Positions 1 through 11,769 of a DNA stretch of 64,000 nucleotides are shown piece after piece (within the stretch, counting starts at the first letter, position 1; each line of letters begins with the position of its first letter). The DNA comes from Hamiltosporidium tvaerminnensis FI-OER-3-3. Lineage: Eukaryota; Fungi; Microsporidia. The stretch is taken from the NCBI GenBank assembly GCA_022605425.2, contig CM061252.1:310001-374000 (forward strand). Direction: 5' to 3'. A program made the position numbers and the translations under genes. Under the pieces are notes generated by a model. It was not told the DNA's origin. It was given only the letters and a program-made list of their open reading frames with translations, and did no database searches.

Positions 1-1115
1 AAACAAAAATTTTTCAAGCCGTTTGGTTTTATCAATGTTTTTAAATTTATAGCAGATTCTATTTTTATTTTTATAGTAAGTTAAGGAAAAGGTGAGCAAT
101 AGAATACGAGTTTGATTATTATTTATGTTCCTAATTTTCATATAATTACTTAAAAATTATAGTTAGACTATTTTGATCTTTCTTCAGATTTCTAACAAGA
201 ACCACAATAAAGTAGGAAATATATTTTTTGAGAATTATCTTTAGCAAAAAAAATTCATAGAGTTAAAAAGCTTTAAAATAAAAGGCTAATATTTGAAAAG
301 GGTCATATTTTTTGTGTTTAAAACGTACATTTTTACAGAACTTAAGAATTTTTTTGTAGGAATATATTTAAACAACTTTATAATATGTAGTTCGAATTAG
401 GAAAAAAAATATTTAAATCATAAAAAGCTAAATTTGTTTGTGACCTTTAATTAAAGAACTTAGCAGCAACCGCATCCACCACAGCCGCAGTTACATTGAC
501 CACCTCTGCCTCCAGAACATCCACAGCCACCACCACCGCAGTTACATTGACCACCTCTGCAACCATAACATCCACAGCCACCACCTCTGCAAGCTGGACA
601 TCCGTTACCCCCACACCCTCGACATCCACCATATCCACCATACCCTCCGTTTCCTCTGTACCCTCCATATCTTGAGCAAAAGGCCACATTCAAATTCATA
701 AAATTCTTCAAAATCATGAATATAGGAAATTATTTTAGAAAACAAGAAAAGAATAGAATTTTTTTTCATTATTCAGAATAGTTTAGATATATAAATACTT
801 TCAAAAAAAAAAATGGACTAACAGTTTTTTACAAAAAAATAATAATTTTTTATTAGCTTATACATTTATAAAGTTACCTATAATTTTATAATTGAAATAT
901 AAGTTACCTTTACTTTTATATTCTGCTCAAAAAATACCAATGTTTTTACTAATTTTTTAAGTCTCAATAATTTTTTTTTAAAAACACAAATGATTTTTTT
1001 TAAAATTTACAATTTTTTTATTCGTTAGTTTAACCTTTACCTACTGACCATTAAAAATAATTTTTTAGTTTCAAAAATCTTTCCCTCTAATATCATACAC
1101 TTATATCTTATTATA
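1..1115. repeat. Left arm of inverted duplication (partner 6675..7891); probably extends beyond the window start
   Basis: Position 1 onward is the reverse complement of 7891 backward. Nearly identical over 1-500, visibly more diverged over 720-1115. Confidence 0.95.
460..769 (-). CDS. Small Gly/Cys/Tyr-rich putative secreted protein, copy A (GGYGG / GGCGC repeats); leader ATG at 769 is out of frame with the repeat ORF 460..717
   Basis: ORF 460..717 reads MILKNFMNLNVAFCSRYGGYRGNGGYGG...CGCGGCGCC. The upstream MKKNSILFLFSKII would complete a leader like those of the 40541 and 45408 paralogs after a 1-nt shift. Confidence 0.7.
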
Positions 1116-1136
1116 ATATTTATACTTATATCATAT

Positions 1137-1862
1137 TTTTATTTAAAAGTATCACATCTTTTTAAAATAGTGGCAAGTATTATTTTTGTTTTTATGACAT
1201 TAACGCAGTTCTAGGTTTAACATAAATAACTGCTACCCAAAAACTCCATCAGTAACCGCTGCGATACCTACATCCCATAGCCTTTCATCTACCAGGTGTG
1301 TAGAACCTAAATAATAGGCGAGGCAGTTGCCCGGAGTTTGTTAAAATTCGTTGCATGGAGTGTGATCGAAGGCCGAAGCCCCCCTGGGCTCCCCTATACT
1401 ATGCAGCATTCCCACTTATTCTACACTTTCTAACCCAATAAACTTCTAGCTAAGATATATTTCAGAGACTTACATGGGGTCCACCTAGACAGTGCAATGT
1501 CATACCAACAGGTATAACCTATTACTTAGCTTTCCTGGCTTTATATGGTTTTAATTTTTATATCTCCCAGGCGCTAAGTCTTCTAACCCGAGTGAGCAAA
1601 GCTAGGGTTTCATACTTTTACGTGGCAATTACCTACATTTTCAGCTGCGGTCTGCGCGCTAGTTACATAAAAAACCACAAATAAATTTGTAGAAAAAGTT
1701 TCTCATTTTCTTAGACCTCTTCTCCTCATAACAACTTTCATGGAACAACCGAAGATGTAGTGTGGTTTTATTCCCACCAAAAATCCAAACAATGATATCA
1801 CACCAGTTTCACACACTCATTGCCAAGCAGAAAGTTTTTTATGTGGTTATCCTCCCTCCACA
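1137..1862 (-). ncRNA. Structured ~720-nt dispersed element, copy 1
   Basis: Colinear with copies at 5659, 20279, 37667, 51781 and 60057; no conserved ORF. Flanked by a 12-bp direct repeat CTTATATCATAT (1125-1136 and 1869-1880), but inside low-complexity DNA. Confidence 0.6.
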
Positions 1863-1960
1863 ATATATCTTATATCATATACTTATATCTTATTATAATA
1901 TCATATACTTATATCTTATACTCTATCTTATTATAATATCTTATTATTCATCTTATACTA
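1863..1960. repeat. Degenerate (CTTATA/TCTTAT)n microsatellite, also present at 1090-1136
   Basis: Repeated tatcatatacttatatcttattataa units. Confidence 0.7.
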
Positions 1961-1961
1961 G

Positions 1962-4900
1962 AGACTTCCACCTCCACCGACCTTCCATGACACCACCGAC
2001 CAACCACCAAGCAGTAGTTGTCAGACTAGTCCTGTCTGCTTGGTTGACACCATACCCTCGTCTTCTGGTACCGATGCCACTGCGTTTGGACCAGCCAAAG
2101 GCATGACAAACCTCAATACAGATGCCCTTCTAAAAGGGAATCGACTGATGGTATTGCACTCAATACTTGACTCTGTTACAGTCGTAGAGCATGAAGGGCC
2201 TAGATCTGCTATTCTAGCAGTGCAAAAGAGGTTTGAGAGAATGCCCAGAAATGGCTGGCCCGCTACTCTGAGGTACTATAATGAGAAATTTAGCTGCATA
2301 CTAGATACCGATGCGTTTAAAAAACTTGCACAAAATGAGGCAGAAAGGAATATAAGGCAAGAAGAGAATGGAGAGCGACATAGAATCGCCACTTGTCTCA
2401 CTGAGCCTAGCACCCTGACTGACACCACGGAGTTCATAAACCTGAGAGATAAATTTTTGAGTAAAATCAAAGAAATCTCGGAGGAGGAAATTGGAAAAGT
2501 GGTGGTCCGAACTCGAAAGCTTCCAAGTGAATTGGTTGACAGTAAAGTTTAGGACCTTATAAATCGAATTATTGGTGAGTATGCTGATTCTTATGTGCCG
2601 ATGACGATAACTGCAGTGGCAAGGATAATCCAGGCAGCCCAGGTATGCTATGACCAGGCAACACGTAAAGAGAAGCCTAGATCCGCTTGGAAGGAAAACA
2701 TAGAAAGTAAAATTTCTAAGTTAGTACTTTCCAAAGATCTTCTCGAGAAGGCTCGTAAGCAGAAAAAGCTCTCCACCTCGGAAACGAAGAGCCTTAAGAA
2801 AATCATGCGAGAGTTTAATTTAAACTTGAGCAGCGTAACCGATCTTTCTGAGGTTTTAGTTAAGAAGAATGAGTCTTTGAATGTTTACGAGAAAAATACG
2901 ATGTATGAAAGTAGGAAGCGATTCCGAAAAGAGAATCGTATGTTTGAGATTTTCCGAGGTCGATTTTATCGTGTGTTATCTGAGCGTGTGGAATCCGAGC
3001 ATGTGGTTAGTCGTGATGAAATTGTGAGTTTTTGGTCTACAATTTAGAACAAAAATGATGACACAGTCACGTACGATAGTTATTTGATTCCATTTGTATC
3101 AGATAATCATCCGACCACGTTTCCTTCACTTGATGAATTTGCATAGATCATTAATTGGCTCCCCAATTGGAAAGCATCTGGAATTGATGGTATTTACAAT
3201 TTTTTTATTCTGAAACTTACAACTCTTCACAAATATATTTATGATATTGTGAAAGTTATATGTTTAGAAGGAACACCTCAAGCTGATTGGTTTTACTGCA
3301 GGCTTAACTATTTGATACCCAAAGGAATTCCACAAAGAGGCTCGGACTACAAGCCAATCACTTGTATGTCCAACCTCTATAAGTTAACGATCCAGTGTGT
3401 AACGAAGGTCATTCAACTTGAAGTGAAAAGGCGAGGGTTGCTTGCAGAGAACCAATTAGGGGCGGTAAGAGGTGTGCAGGGAGCGAAAGAGCAGGCTCTA
3501 CTGAATATAGCCTTAAATAAGAGTACGGAAACAATCTTAAGGCAACATGGATTGATGTTAAAAAAGCTTATGATTCAATAGATCATGCTTATTTAACTCA
3601 ATGCATTGAAAACCTTAATTTACCTAATTGGATCGTGAAATTTATCAAGGTAATTATATCAAAATGGAAAATTGATATATCAGTAGGGCCTGATAAAATC
3701 ATGAGCAAGAAGATTGAGAGAGGGATTTTGCAAGGAGATAGTTTGTCACCATTGTTGTTTGTGTTGTGTATGGATCCATTAAGCCGAAAGCTTAATGAAA
3801 AATACACAGAAGTCACAGTACAAACAGATTAAGAATCCTATTCTACTAATCATCTCTTGTTTATTGATGATCTTAAGCTCCTTGCTAAAGACAGTTTGAC
3901 ATTGAGTGCTATGACAGACGAGGCAAAGGAATTTTTAGAGGTGATTGGGTTAGAGACTAACAAAGAGAAGTCAGCCACAAATGATAAGTGTTGTGAAGAT
4001 ACTGCTACTCTTCTAGAAAGTGTTATTCTTAACAAATATTCAGGAATAATAGAAGATAGCAGAGGAATCCCAACACGTAGCTCATTTGAAGAAGTACAAA
4101 GCAAACTTATATCAAGAGTTGAAAGACTTTGTCACACTAGATTAAATGCAAAAAATTTATTTTCTGCAATCAATCAACATGCGATATCGTTAATCAACTA
4201 CCACATAGGAGTACTTCGACTTGAACCGGCTGACTTCTCTAAGTTAGATGATGCAGTGCGTGCGGTATTGGTGAAAAATAAGATACATCTCCGCCCAGGA
4301 TGTAAAGAGCGTTTATACTTTCCTAGAACAGAACTTGGAAGAGGCCTACATAGTGTTGAGTTGCGAAGCGAACATTTGCTTCTGCAAATCTTGGATTGTC
4401 TGGAAAAAAGTAAAGAAATATCAACTAGACGAGCAGCAATCCTCAAGGATGAAAATAATAATAAAACCCATCTTGCACTAATAAAAGGCTCCTTAAAAGT
4501 AAAGTACAGGTTGGTAGAAGAAGTCACTAAGAAAGGTTTAGAAGAAGCTCAACTTGCAAAACTATATAACGAAATAGAAAAACGAAAACTCCATTCAAAG
4601 TTATATAATGCAAGAAAAAATGAGCTTGTGACTGTTAGTGACTCTTCAAGATGGCTAAAGAGAGGAAATATTATGCCACGAAATGAAGCTGTGTTCTGCT
4701 ATATCCAGGATAGAAATGTATTCTGGTTAGCAGATGGTATGTGTCACACTGCGGGAAGTCTGGTAAGACTGTAGATCATCTGGCAACCCAATGTGAAAAA
4801 ATGCTAAGCCATAACTCTACCAGACGGCATAATGAAGTGGTTAGATGCCTACACTTGATTCTCTTAAATAGATATAAGTTTAAGTCTTCCAAACGAATAA

Positions 4901-5620
4901 AGAGTCACTCAGTTCAAGAAATTCTTGATAATGAGTACGCAGAGATAAGAGTGGACACCAGAATAAAAACTGATGTTAAAATTCGGAATAACAGACCGGA
5001 CATATTTATTTTAGATAAGAAGAAGAATAAGATAACACTCATTGAAGTAGGAATCACTTCCCAAGATTCACTTCAAATAGTTGAAACTGAAAAACTTAGG
5101 AAGTATGACCTGTTAGCCAATGAGTTGGGTCTTATTTATAAGTGTAGTGTTGAGATAATCCCCTATGTGATGACCTGGGACGGTATTGTGACAAAATACC
5201 ATAAATCTTATCTTAAAAGACTAGAAATACCCATGAATGTAGAGGCATACATTCAGTCTATAGTACTTAAGAAAACAGTCGAAACAATTTCCTTTGATCG
5301 ACGAAGAGGACTTGAGTCAGGACTAAATGCCGAAGAGAGCTGGGAGAGAGCGTCAATGGGTGTTATTATGAGATCAGAGATGCATGAGGAACCAATACCC
5401 CCTTTAAAAGAAGCGAAAAGAGAGGAAGATGGTGTTAAAACTTTAAAACCAAAAAATAATACACCCCTTATTTCACAAGGAGGAACCACTTTAGAGGAAC
5501 CGACCAATAACAAAAATGAAGAGTCGGATTTAGAAGAAGAGACAAAAGTGGTTAAAGAGGTAGAAGAAAACATATAAAAATGGTACAAATATTTTAACCC
5601 AGAATTTTATTAAATAAATT
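1962..5620 (+). mobile_element. R4/Dong-like non-LTR retrotransposon (RT + CCHC + restriction-like endonuclease), 5'-truncated, inactive
   Basis: RT motifs GILQGDSLSPLLF, LFIDDLKL and LYFPRTELGRGL. Zn knuckle CSHCGKSGKTVDHLATQC, then RRHNEVV and the RLE motif RPDIFILD...IEVG...EKLRKY. Several stops and frameshifts. 3' tail TTAACCCAGAATTTTATTAAATAAA. Confidence 0.92.
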
Positions 5621-5658
5621 AATTAGATTGTTAAGCTTTTAATATTTTTTTTGAAAAA

Positions 5659-6380
5659 GTAGAGGGAGGATAACCACATAAAAAACTTTCTGCTTGGCAC
5701 CGAGTGTGTGAAACTGGTGTGAGATCATTGTTTTGATTTTTGGTGGAAATACAACCACAATACATCTCCCGTTGTTCCATAGGAGGTCGTATGAGGAGGA
5801 GAGGTCTATAAAATTGCGAAACTTTTTCTACAAATTTAAATGTAGTTTTTTTTGTAACCAGATTGCAGACCGCAGCTGAACTTGTAGTAATTGCCATGTA
5901 AAAGCATGGAAACCTTGCCTTGCTCACTCGTGTTAGAAGACTTGGCGCCTGGGAGATACAAAACAAAAAACCATTTAAAGCCAGGAAAGCTAAGTAGCAG
6001 GTTATACCTGTTGGTATGACATTGCACTGTCTAGGTGGACTCCATGTAAATCTCTGAAATATATCTTAGCTAGAAGTTTATTGGGTTCAGAAAGTGTAGA
6101 GTAAGTGGGAAGGCTGTCTAGTCTTGGGGGAGCCCATGGGGGACTTCGGCCTTCGATCACACTCCATGCAACAGACATTAACGAACAACGGACAACTGCC
6201 TCGTTTAGTAATTAGGCTTTACGCAGCTTATAGGGAAGGCTTTGGGACGTAGGTTTCGCAGGGGTTACCGATGGAGTGTTGGGGTAGCAGTCATTTATGT
6301 TAAACCTAGAACTGCGTTAATGTCATGAAAACAAATATAACACTTGCCAAGTCTAAAACGATCTGATATTTTTAAATAAA
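5659..6380 (+). ncRNA. Structured ~720-nt dispersed element, copy 2
   Basis: Starts GAGGGAGGATAACC (5662) and ends TTTTAAATAAA (6380). Stems: 6016-6023/6319-6326, 6030-6035/6305-6310, 6159-6167/6271-6279, 5941-5946/5989-5994, 5948-5952/5981-5985. cTTCGg at 6144-6149. Confidence 0.6.
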
Positions 6381-6674
6381 CAAACTTACTAAAAATTCGA
6401 GATAAAAATATTTGATTTAAGAAGTATTTTTAGTACAGAATATACTATAAAAAACAAAAGAAATATAAGAAAAATCAAAGAAATATAGAAAGATGTAACC
6501 AGAATAGAATATAAAAGCTATATTTATAAAGAAGGAAAAGAAATAAAGAAATTATCACACAAGAGGTAAAAAGAAAAAAGATGAAACTAAAATAATTATT
6601 TAACAAAGTATTTTTAAAATTTGAAAGTATAATAGGTATAAGATGTTAAAATAATATTATAGTGAAAGATTTTG

Positions 6675-7891
6675 AAAGTATAAGATAGTATAAGTATACG
6701 ATATTATAGGGAAAGATGATTTTTGAAAGTAAAAAATTATTTTTAATGGTCAGTAGGTAAAGGGTCAACTAACGAAGGGAAAAATTGTACAATTTTTAAA
6801 AATAAACTATTTGTGTTTTTAAAAAAACCTATTGAGACAAAAAAAATTAGAAAAAACATTGGTATTTTTGTAAGGAGAATATAAAAATAAAGGTTAACTT
6901 ATATTTAAATTATAAAATTATAGGTAACTTTATAAATGTATAAGCTAATAAAAAAATATTATTTTTTGTAAAAAACTGTTAGTCCATTTTTTTTTGAAAG
7001 TATTTATATATCTAAATTATTCTGAATAATGAAAAAAAATTCTATTCTTTTCTTGTTTTCTAAAATAATTCACTATATTCATGATTTTGAAGAATTTTAT
7101 GAATTTGAAAGTGGCCTTTTGCTCAAGATATGGAGGGTGTGGTGGATATGGAGGGAACAGAGGAAACGGAGGGTATGGTGGATATGGAGGGTACAGAGGA
7201 AACGGAGGGTATGGTGGATATGGAGGGAACAGAGAGTATGGTGGATATGGAGGGAACAGAGGAAACGGAGGGTGTGGTGGATATGGAGGGAACAGAGGAA
7301 ACGGAGGGTATGGTGGATATGGAGGGTGTGGGGGTTATTGATGTCCTGCTTCCAGAGGTGGTGGCTGTGGATGTTCTGCTTGCAGAGGTGGTCAATGTAA
7401 CTGCGGCTGTGGTGGATGCGGTTGCTGCTAAATTCTTTAATTAAAGGTCACAAACAAATTTAGCTTTTTTATGATTTAAATGTTTTTTTTCCTAATTCGA
7501 ACTACATATTATAAAGTTGTTTAAATATATTCCTACAAAAAAATTCTTAAGTTCTGTAAAAATGTACGTTTTAAACACAAAAAATATGACCCTTTTCAAA
7601 TATTAGCCTTTTATTTTAAAGCTTTTTAACTCTATGAATTTTTTTTGCTAAAGATAATTCTCAAAAAATATATTTCCTACTTTATTGTGGTTCTTGTTAG
7701 AAATCTGAAGAAAGATCAAAATAGTCTAACTATAATTTTTAAGTAATTATATGAAAATTAGGAACATAAATAATAATCAAACTCGTATTCTATTGCTCAC
7801 CTTTTCCTTAACTTACTATAAAAATAAAAATAGAATCTGCTATAAATTTAAAAACATTGATAAAACCAAACGGCTTGAAAAATTTTTGTTT
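6675..7891. repeat. Right arm of inverted duplication (partner 1..1115)
   Basis: Reverse complement of the window start. Confidence 0.95.
7029..7431 (+). pseudogene. Small Gly/Tyr/Cys-rich putative secreted protein, copy B (expanded GGYGGNRGN repeats); out-of-frame leader and in-frame TGA at 7339-7341
   Basis: The frame from 7081 continues past the TGA (GGA in copy A) as CPASRGGGCGCSACRGGQCNCGCGGCGCC to TAA at 7429-7431, the same C-terminus as copy A. Confidence 0.7.
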
Positions 7892-8049
7892 GTATTTTTC
7901 TTAACAAACATAAGTGGTAGTTGAAGACTCATTTTTATAAACTTTTGGTGGTAATAAGCAAATCAAAAAAAATTACATCGACTAAGATAAAAGAAAGAAA
8001 CGACAATTTAAACTGTGACAATTAAGCTTTATTATAAATTGTTCTAAAA

Positions 8050-8873
8050 AAGAATTTTATGAAGATGTAAAGCTTTTTCCAAACAAGGATAAAAACGTAA
8101 GAAAAGGAATGGAGAAAGGATTTAAAAGCCACCTAAGATGTTTATTATGAGTCTCATCCGGAAATATTTACAGGGTTCTTTTAACATCAGAATCAGAATA
8201 ATAGCAATATTCAGTTCGATCTAGAAAGGGATACATATGGTTAGATATTTAAGAAATAATAATTTGGTATTGAAACGTTTAAGCTTCGTAATGCCTTTGC
8301 TTTTCCAAAGGATCTGATAATCTACGATTTGTAACAGCAAAAAGACCAAGGTAACATATTATTATTGATTTAATAGATCAATAATCACCCAAGGAATCAA
8401 AAATAACTTCATATAAAGTTGATTCTGCAATGAAGTTGACTCAAATTATGGTTTTGGCTGTACATGTGCAAACAAAATCTAGCGGACACGTTGTATAATA
8501 CTTTCACGAACCGATTACCAAAGAAAGACCACCTGAATGCTGCATTCAGAAATTAAAAATACTTTTCGATTATATTTGTAAAAATTTGTGTAGATTTTAA
8601 TATTTTAAGAAACCCTATTCGGTATCAACATCCGAAAACTCAAATATAACTTCAAACAGGAAATCAAACAATTAAATGTCTCTTGCAAAGGTATTAAAAC
8701 TCTTTATGTTAAACTATCGATTTCTAAATAATGTAATATTATATAAGTGCAATCTTTATCGAAATCAAGTTATTGGCGGTTTACTCGTGTCCCTAGTAAG
8801 ATTGAAAAAGGCTTTAGCACAAGCATGGTATAAAAAAGATGGAACCGAAATAAAAGATAAACAATTTTTTTAA
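8050..8873 (+). mobile_element. Eroded piggyBac-like transposase remnant
   Basis: Fragments in piggyBac order: GYIW (~8229), SGHVV*YF (~8482), KLFM...NNVILYK...YRNQVIGGLL (8676-8790). Heavily decayed. Confidence 0.3.
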
Positions 8874-10399
8874 ATTTTTATGTGAAACAAATATTTTTGA
8901 TAATGATGATCGTTTAGTAAAGAATTGTTATAGGTAACAGTTTTTACCAGGCTATTTTTTGCCACTTCAGTAATACATGTAAATATTAGAATTAGGGTAG
9001 AACCGGAAAATATTACATTCTCAGAAAGGTACAAAACTAGATATCATACTAAATTAGAAACCTAAACAGGTATTTATCATAAAAATTAAATGTTCTTTTA
9101 CGACTTTGAATTCTCGAAATGAGCTTTTTTACAAACAAAATACCAGGAATACGAAGTTCAAAAATGTTTCTAAAGAAAATATTTAGACTATTTTTGAGCA
9201 ATTTGTTTGCATTAATTTCACGTTACTAAATAATGAATAGAGTATTGAGGAAAAATATCACAAGAATTGTATAGAAGAAAATTGGGTATTATAAAATACG
9301 TTTATATTCTTTCATACATATTTATATTTATATTCTTATTTATACTTTATACCTTATACTTTATATTTTATATTTCGATTTTATTTTTCGTTTTGATGTC
9401 ATTTCTTTGCTATATGAGTAGGTTATGAATATAAAAACACAATCTTCTTTTGCCCAATTTTTTTATAAATTAGAATTTAAATAAGTAGATAAACTAGAAA
9501 AGATAGTAATTCTAAATTATATTTTAAATTTCATTAGAAATTTCAAAGAATACAATCTAGACTTATAATTTAAAAATGTTTCGATTCAGTTATTATATCT
9601 GTGTTTAATTTAAGGACCGGCAGAAGATAGAAAAAAAATTAAAAATATAGTAGAAGTTTAATATGCCTGAAGTATAATATCATACTGTTGATTTCTGCCT
9701 AGAATGCCTTATTTTATCAATGGAAGCCATGGTTCTGGCCTCTATTAAGCGGTACGGTGGAAGTATTATTATAGTGTGTCTTTGTGAATCATTAGAGTAA
9801 AAATATAAGCAAATGTTGAAAATAGAATCTAAGCCACTAGAAAATCAAAAGTCAAATTTTTTTAAGAGATTTGGTAACCAATAGAAAGTATAAGATTTTT
9901 ATGATAAAATAATTTTTTGAAATTTGATTTCATTTGATAAGATATTTTCAAGTAATATTACTGCAGTTGGTTTATTAAAGAATCTTTCGAGTTTATTGTT
10001 ATATTAACATTAAAATGTGAGAAACAAATTGATTAATATCAGTTGGCTATACTTTTTGATCTATGTTTCTTAACCTTTTGAATATTTTTATTCGACTTTT
10101 TAATTTCAAATAGCTCTATCTTTGAGTAAATTACTATGTTTTCATGATATAATTCTTAGCTTTAAATCTTCTACGCATTTTAATTTCTTGAATCTACGAA
10201 ATATAAATTTATTTTTTACTTGTTTCTTCTTATTGATAAAATAATTCGAATAATCTTTCGTTTATCTGGTAATATATTCTCTTTTGATTTTTTAGTCACT
10301 TACGTTTCTTTTGTATTCTAATCGAAAAAACTTTATCTGAATGCTCATATAAAACAAAACCCTTCTTTTTGTTAGTTTTTATACATTCGCTTTATATTT

Positions 10400-11000
10400 T
10401 TTTCCCACGAGACGAAAGTCTTTCTACGCAGTATGATGGATATATAGATTTGGCACGCTTAATTATATTTATAAAATATTTTACTCTTACTTATATGGTT
10501 TTATTTTATAAATATCACATGTTTTTTAAAAACAGCAGTAAGTTTCATTGATTTCTGAACATTAAACCAGTTATTGGGTTATTATAGATACTCGCTGCAA
10601 CGCACCATTGGATCTCTTAGATTCACAGATTCTATTGCTTTCTATCTATATGTGTGTAAAACCCTAATTTATAGAGCGAGAAAGTGACCCAGCGTTCGTT
10701 ATTTTTCGTAAGCAAATCTATGATCGCCGGTAGAAACAACCTTGGAATCCCGAAGACCAGCACCGTTTGAACTTAGTCTAAAAATTCCTTATCAAATAGA
10801 CTTTTAGCGAAGAATATCTTCGCGAACTACATAAGTAAAAGCCGATCTCAATTCCGTTCCAACTTAAACACCTGTCTTTTTGCTATTCTTAGTTTTTTTA
10901 AAGATTATGTTCATTCTATCACTCAGGCGATAAGAATATTCTATGAAAAAGTGTCGAAAACTGCATTAAAATATAGTTAATATGCTTTTATTCGAGTTAA
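10400..11000 (-). mobile_element. Possible eroded LTR-retrotransposon integrase remnant
   Basis: The minus strand reads FGIPRLF...FSLYKLGF then ESVN..I...VR, resembling the rve core; weak. Confidence 0.25.
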
Positions 11001-11159
11001 TTAGACAGGTTATGCCAGAAAAGGTAAATTCTCAATGGTATACAACACTATCAGGTTATGTCAACTTAAAATATGTGTTAGAAATAAAGAAAATTTCCAT
11101 GGCTTTTTAAGACTAAGATTTAATTGCGAAAATAATGGTTTTGTATAGAAGTGTTAGGT

Positions 11160-11495
11160 TAAAGATATTTCCGTATGTCGTTTTAACTTATCGATTGTAA
11201 CTAAACCAGATTTTATCTCAATAAATTATAATTTCTCCCATGTGATAAATCTTCCAATCCATTAATCAAGGCTATTTTTTAATACCTTTACATTATTATA
11301 TGCTACATTTATAGTCATTTTTTTCTAATCTAGTTACATAAAAAATCACAAAGTAAACAAATAAAAAATTTTATAATCTAGTAGGCGCTTCCTCTTTTAT
11401 AAATCTCTGGAAACAACAGAAGATGAGTAATTGTTTTCATAGACACCAATTAATACTAATAATTATCAAGCAAATTTTTATGGGGTTATCTTCTA
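11160..11495 (-). repeat. Degenerate partial copy (7) of the structured element, 5' half
   Basis: ctagttacataaaaaa, ggaaacaacagaagatg and tttttatggggttatcttc match copy 1 in order. Confidence 0.6.
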
Positions 11496-11769
11496 TTCCC
11501 CCCCCCTTATATGAAATTTTACACTTATATAATTTATTTCAAATATATACTTTTAAAGTAAAATACATACATAGTTAATTAATAAATCCTAAAAATTATA
11601 TATCTGTCTATTTATCAATAAAAATGTACTTTTTTTAAAAATTACAGCAGTTTATTAATAACTATAAATATAATAATCATTTATAAAAACATACACATTG
11701 TTTAATTCTGATAATACAAAAATAAAAGCTATGAATATTACAAATATATTTTAAGTATAATTTATACAA

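Noticed and set aside
1450-1480. AAGATATATTTCAGAGACTTA resembles group I intron S and R motifs; GACCGCAGC (5868) resembles Q
   Set aside because: S precedes R, the motifs lie on opposite strands, and the P/Q candidates are not conserved among copies.
1137-1862. Hammerhead retrozyme or solo-LTR identity for the element
   Set aside because: No conserved CTGANGA...GAAA core, no consistent TG..CA ends and no 4-6 bp TSD. A solo LTR is not fully excluded, since copy 6 follows a Gypsy-like remnant.
5980-6002. CCAGG-N10-AGCAGG resembles SRP RNA helix 8
   Set aside because: The inner 10 nt cannot form the GNRA-capped stem, and AGCAG is not kept in copy 1.
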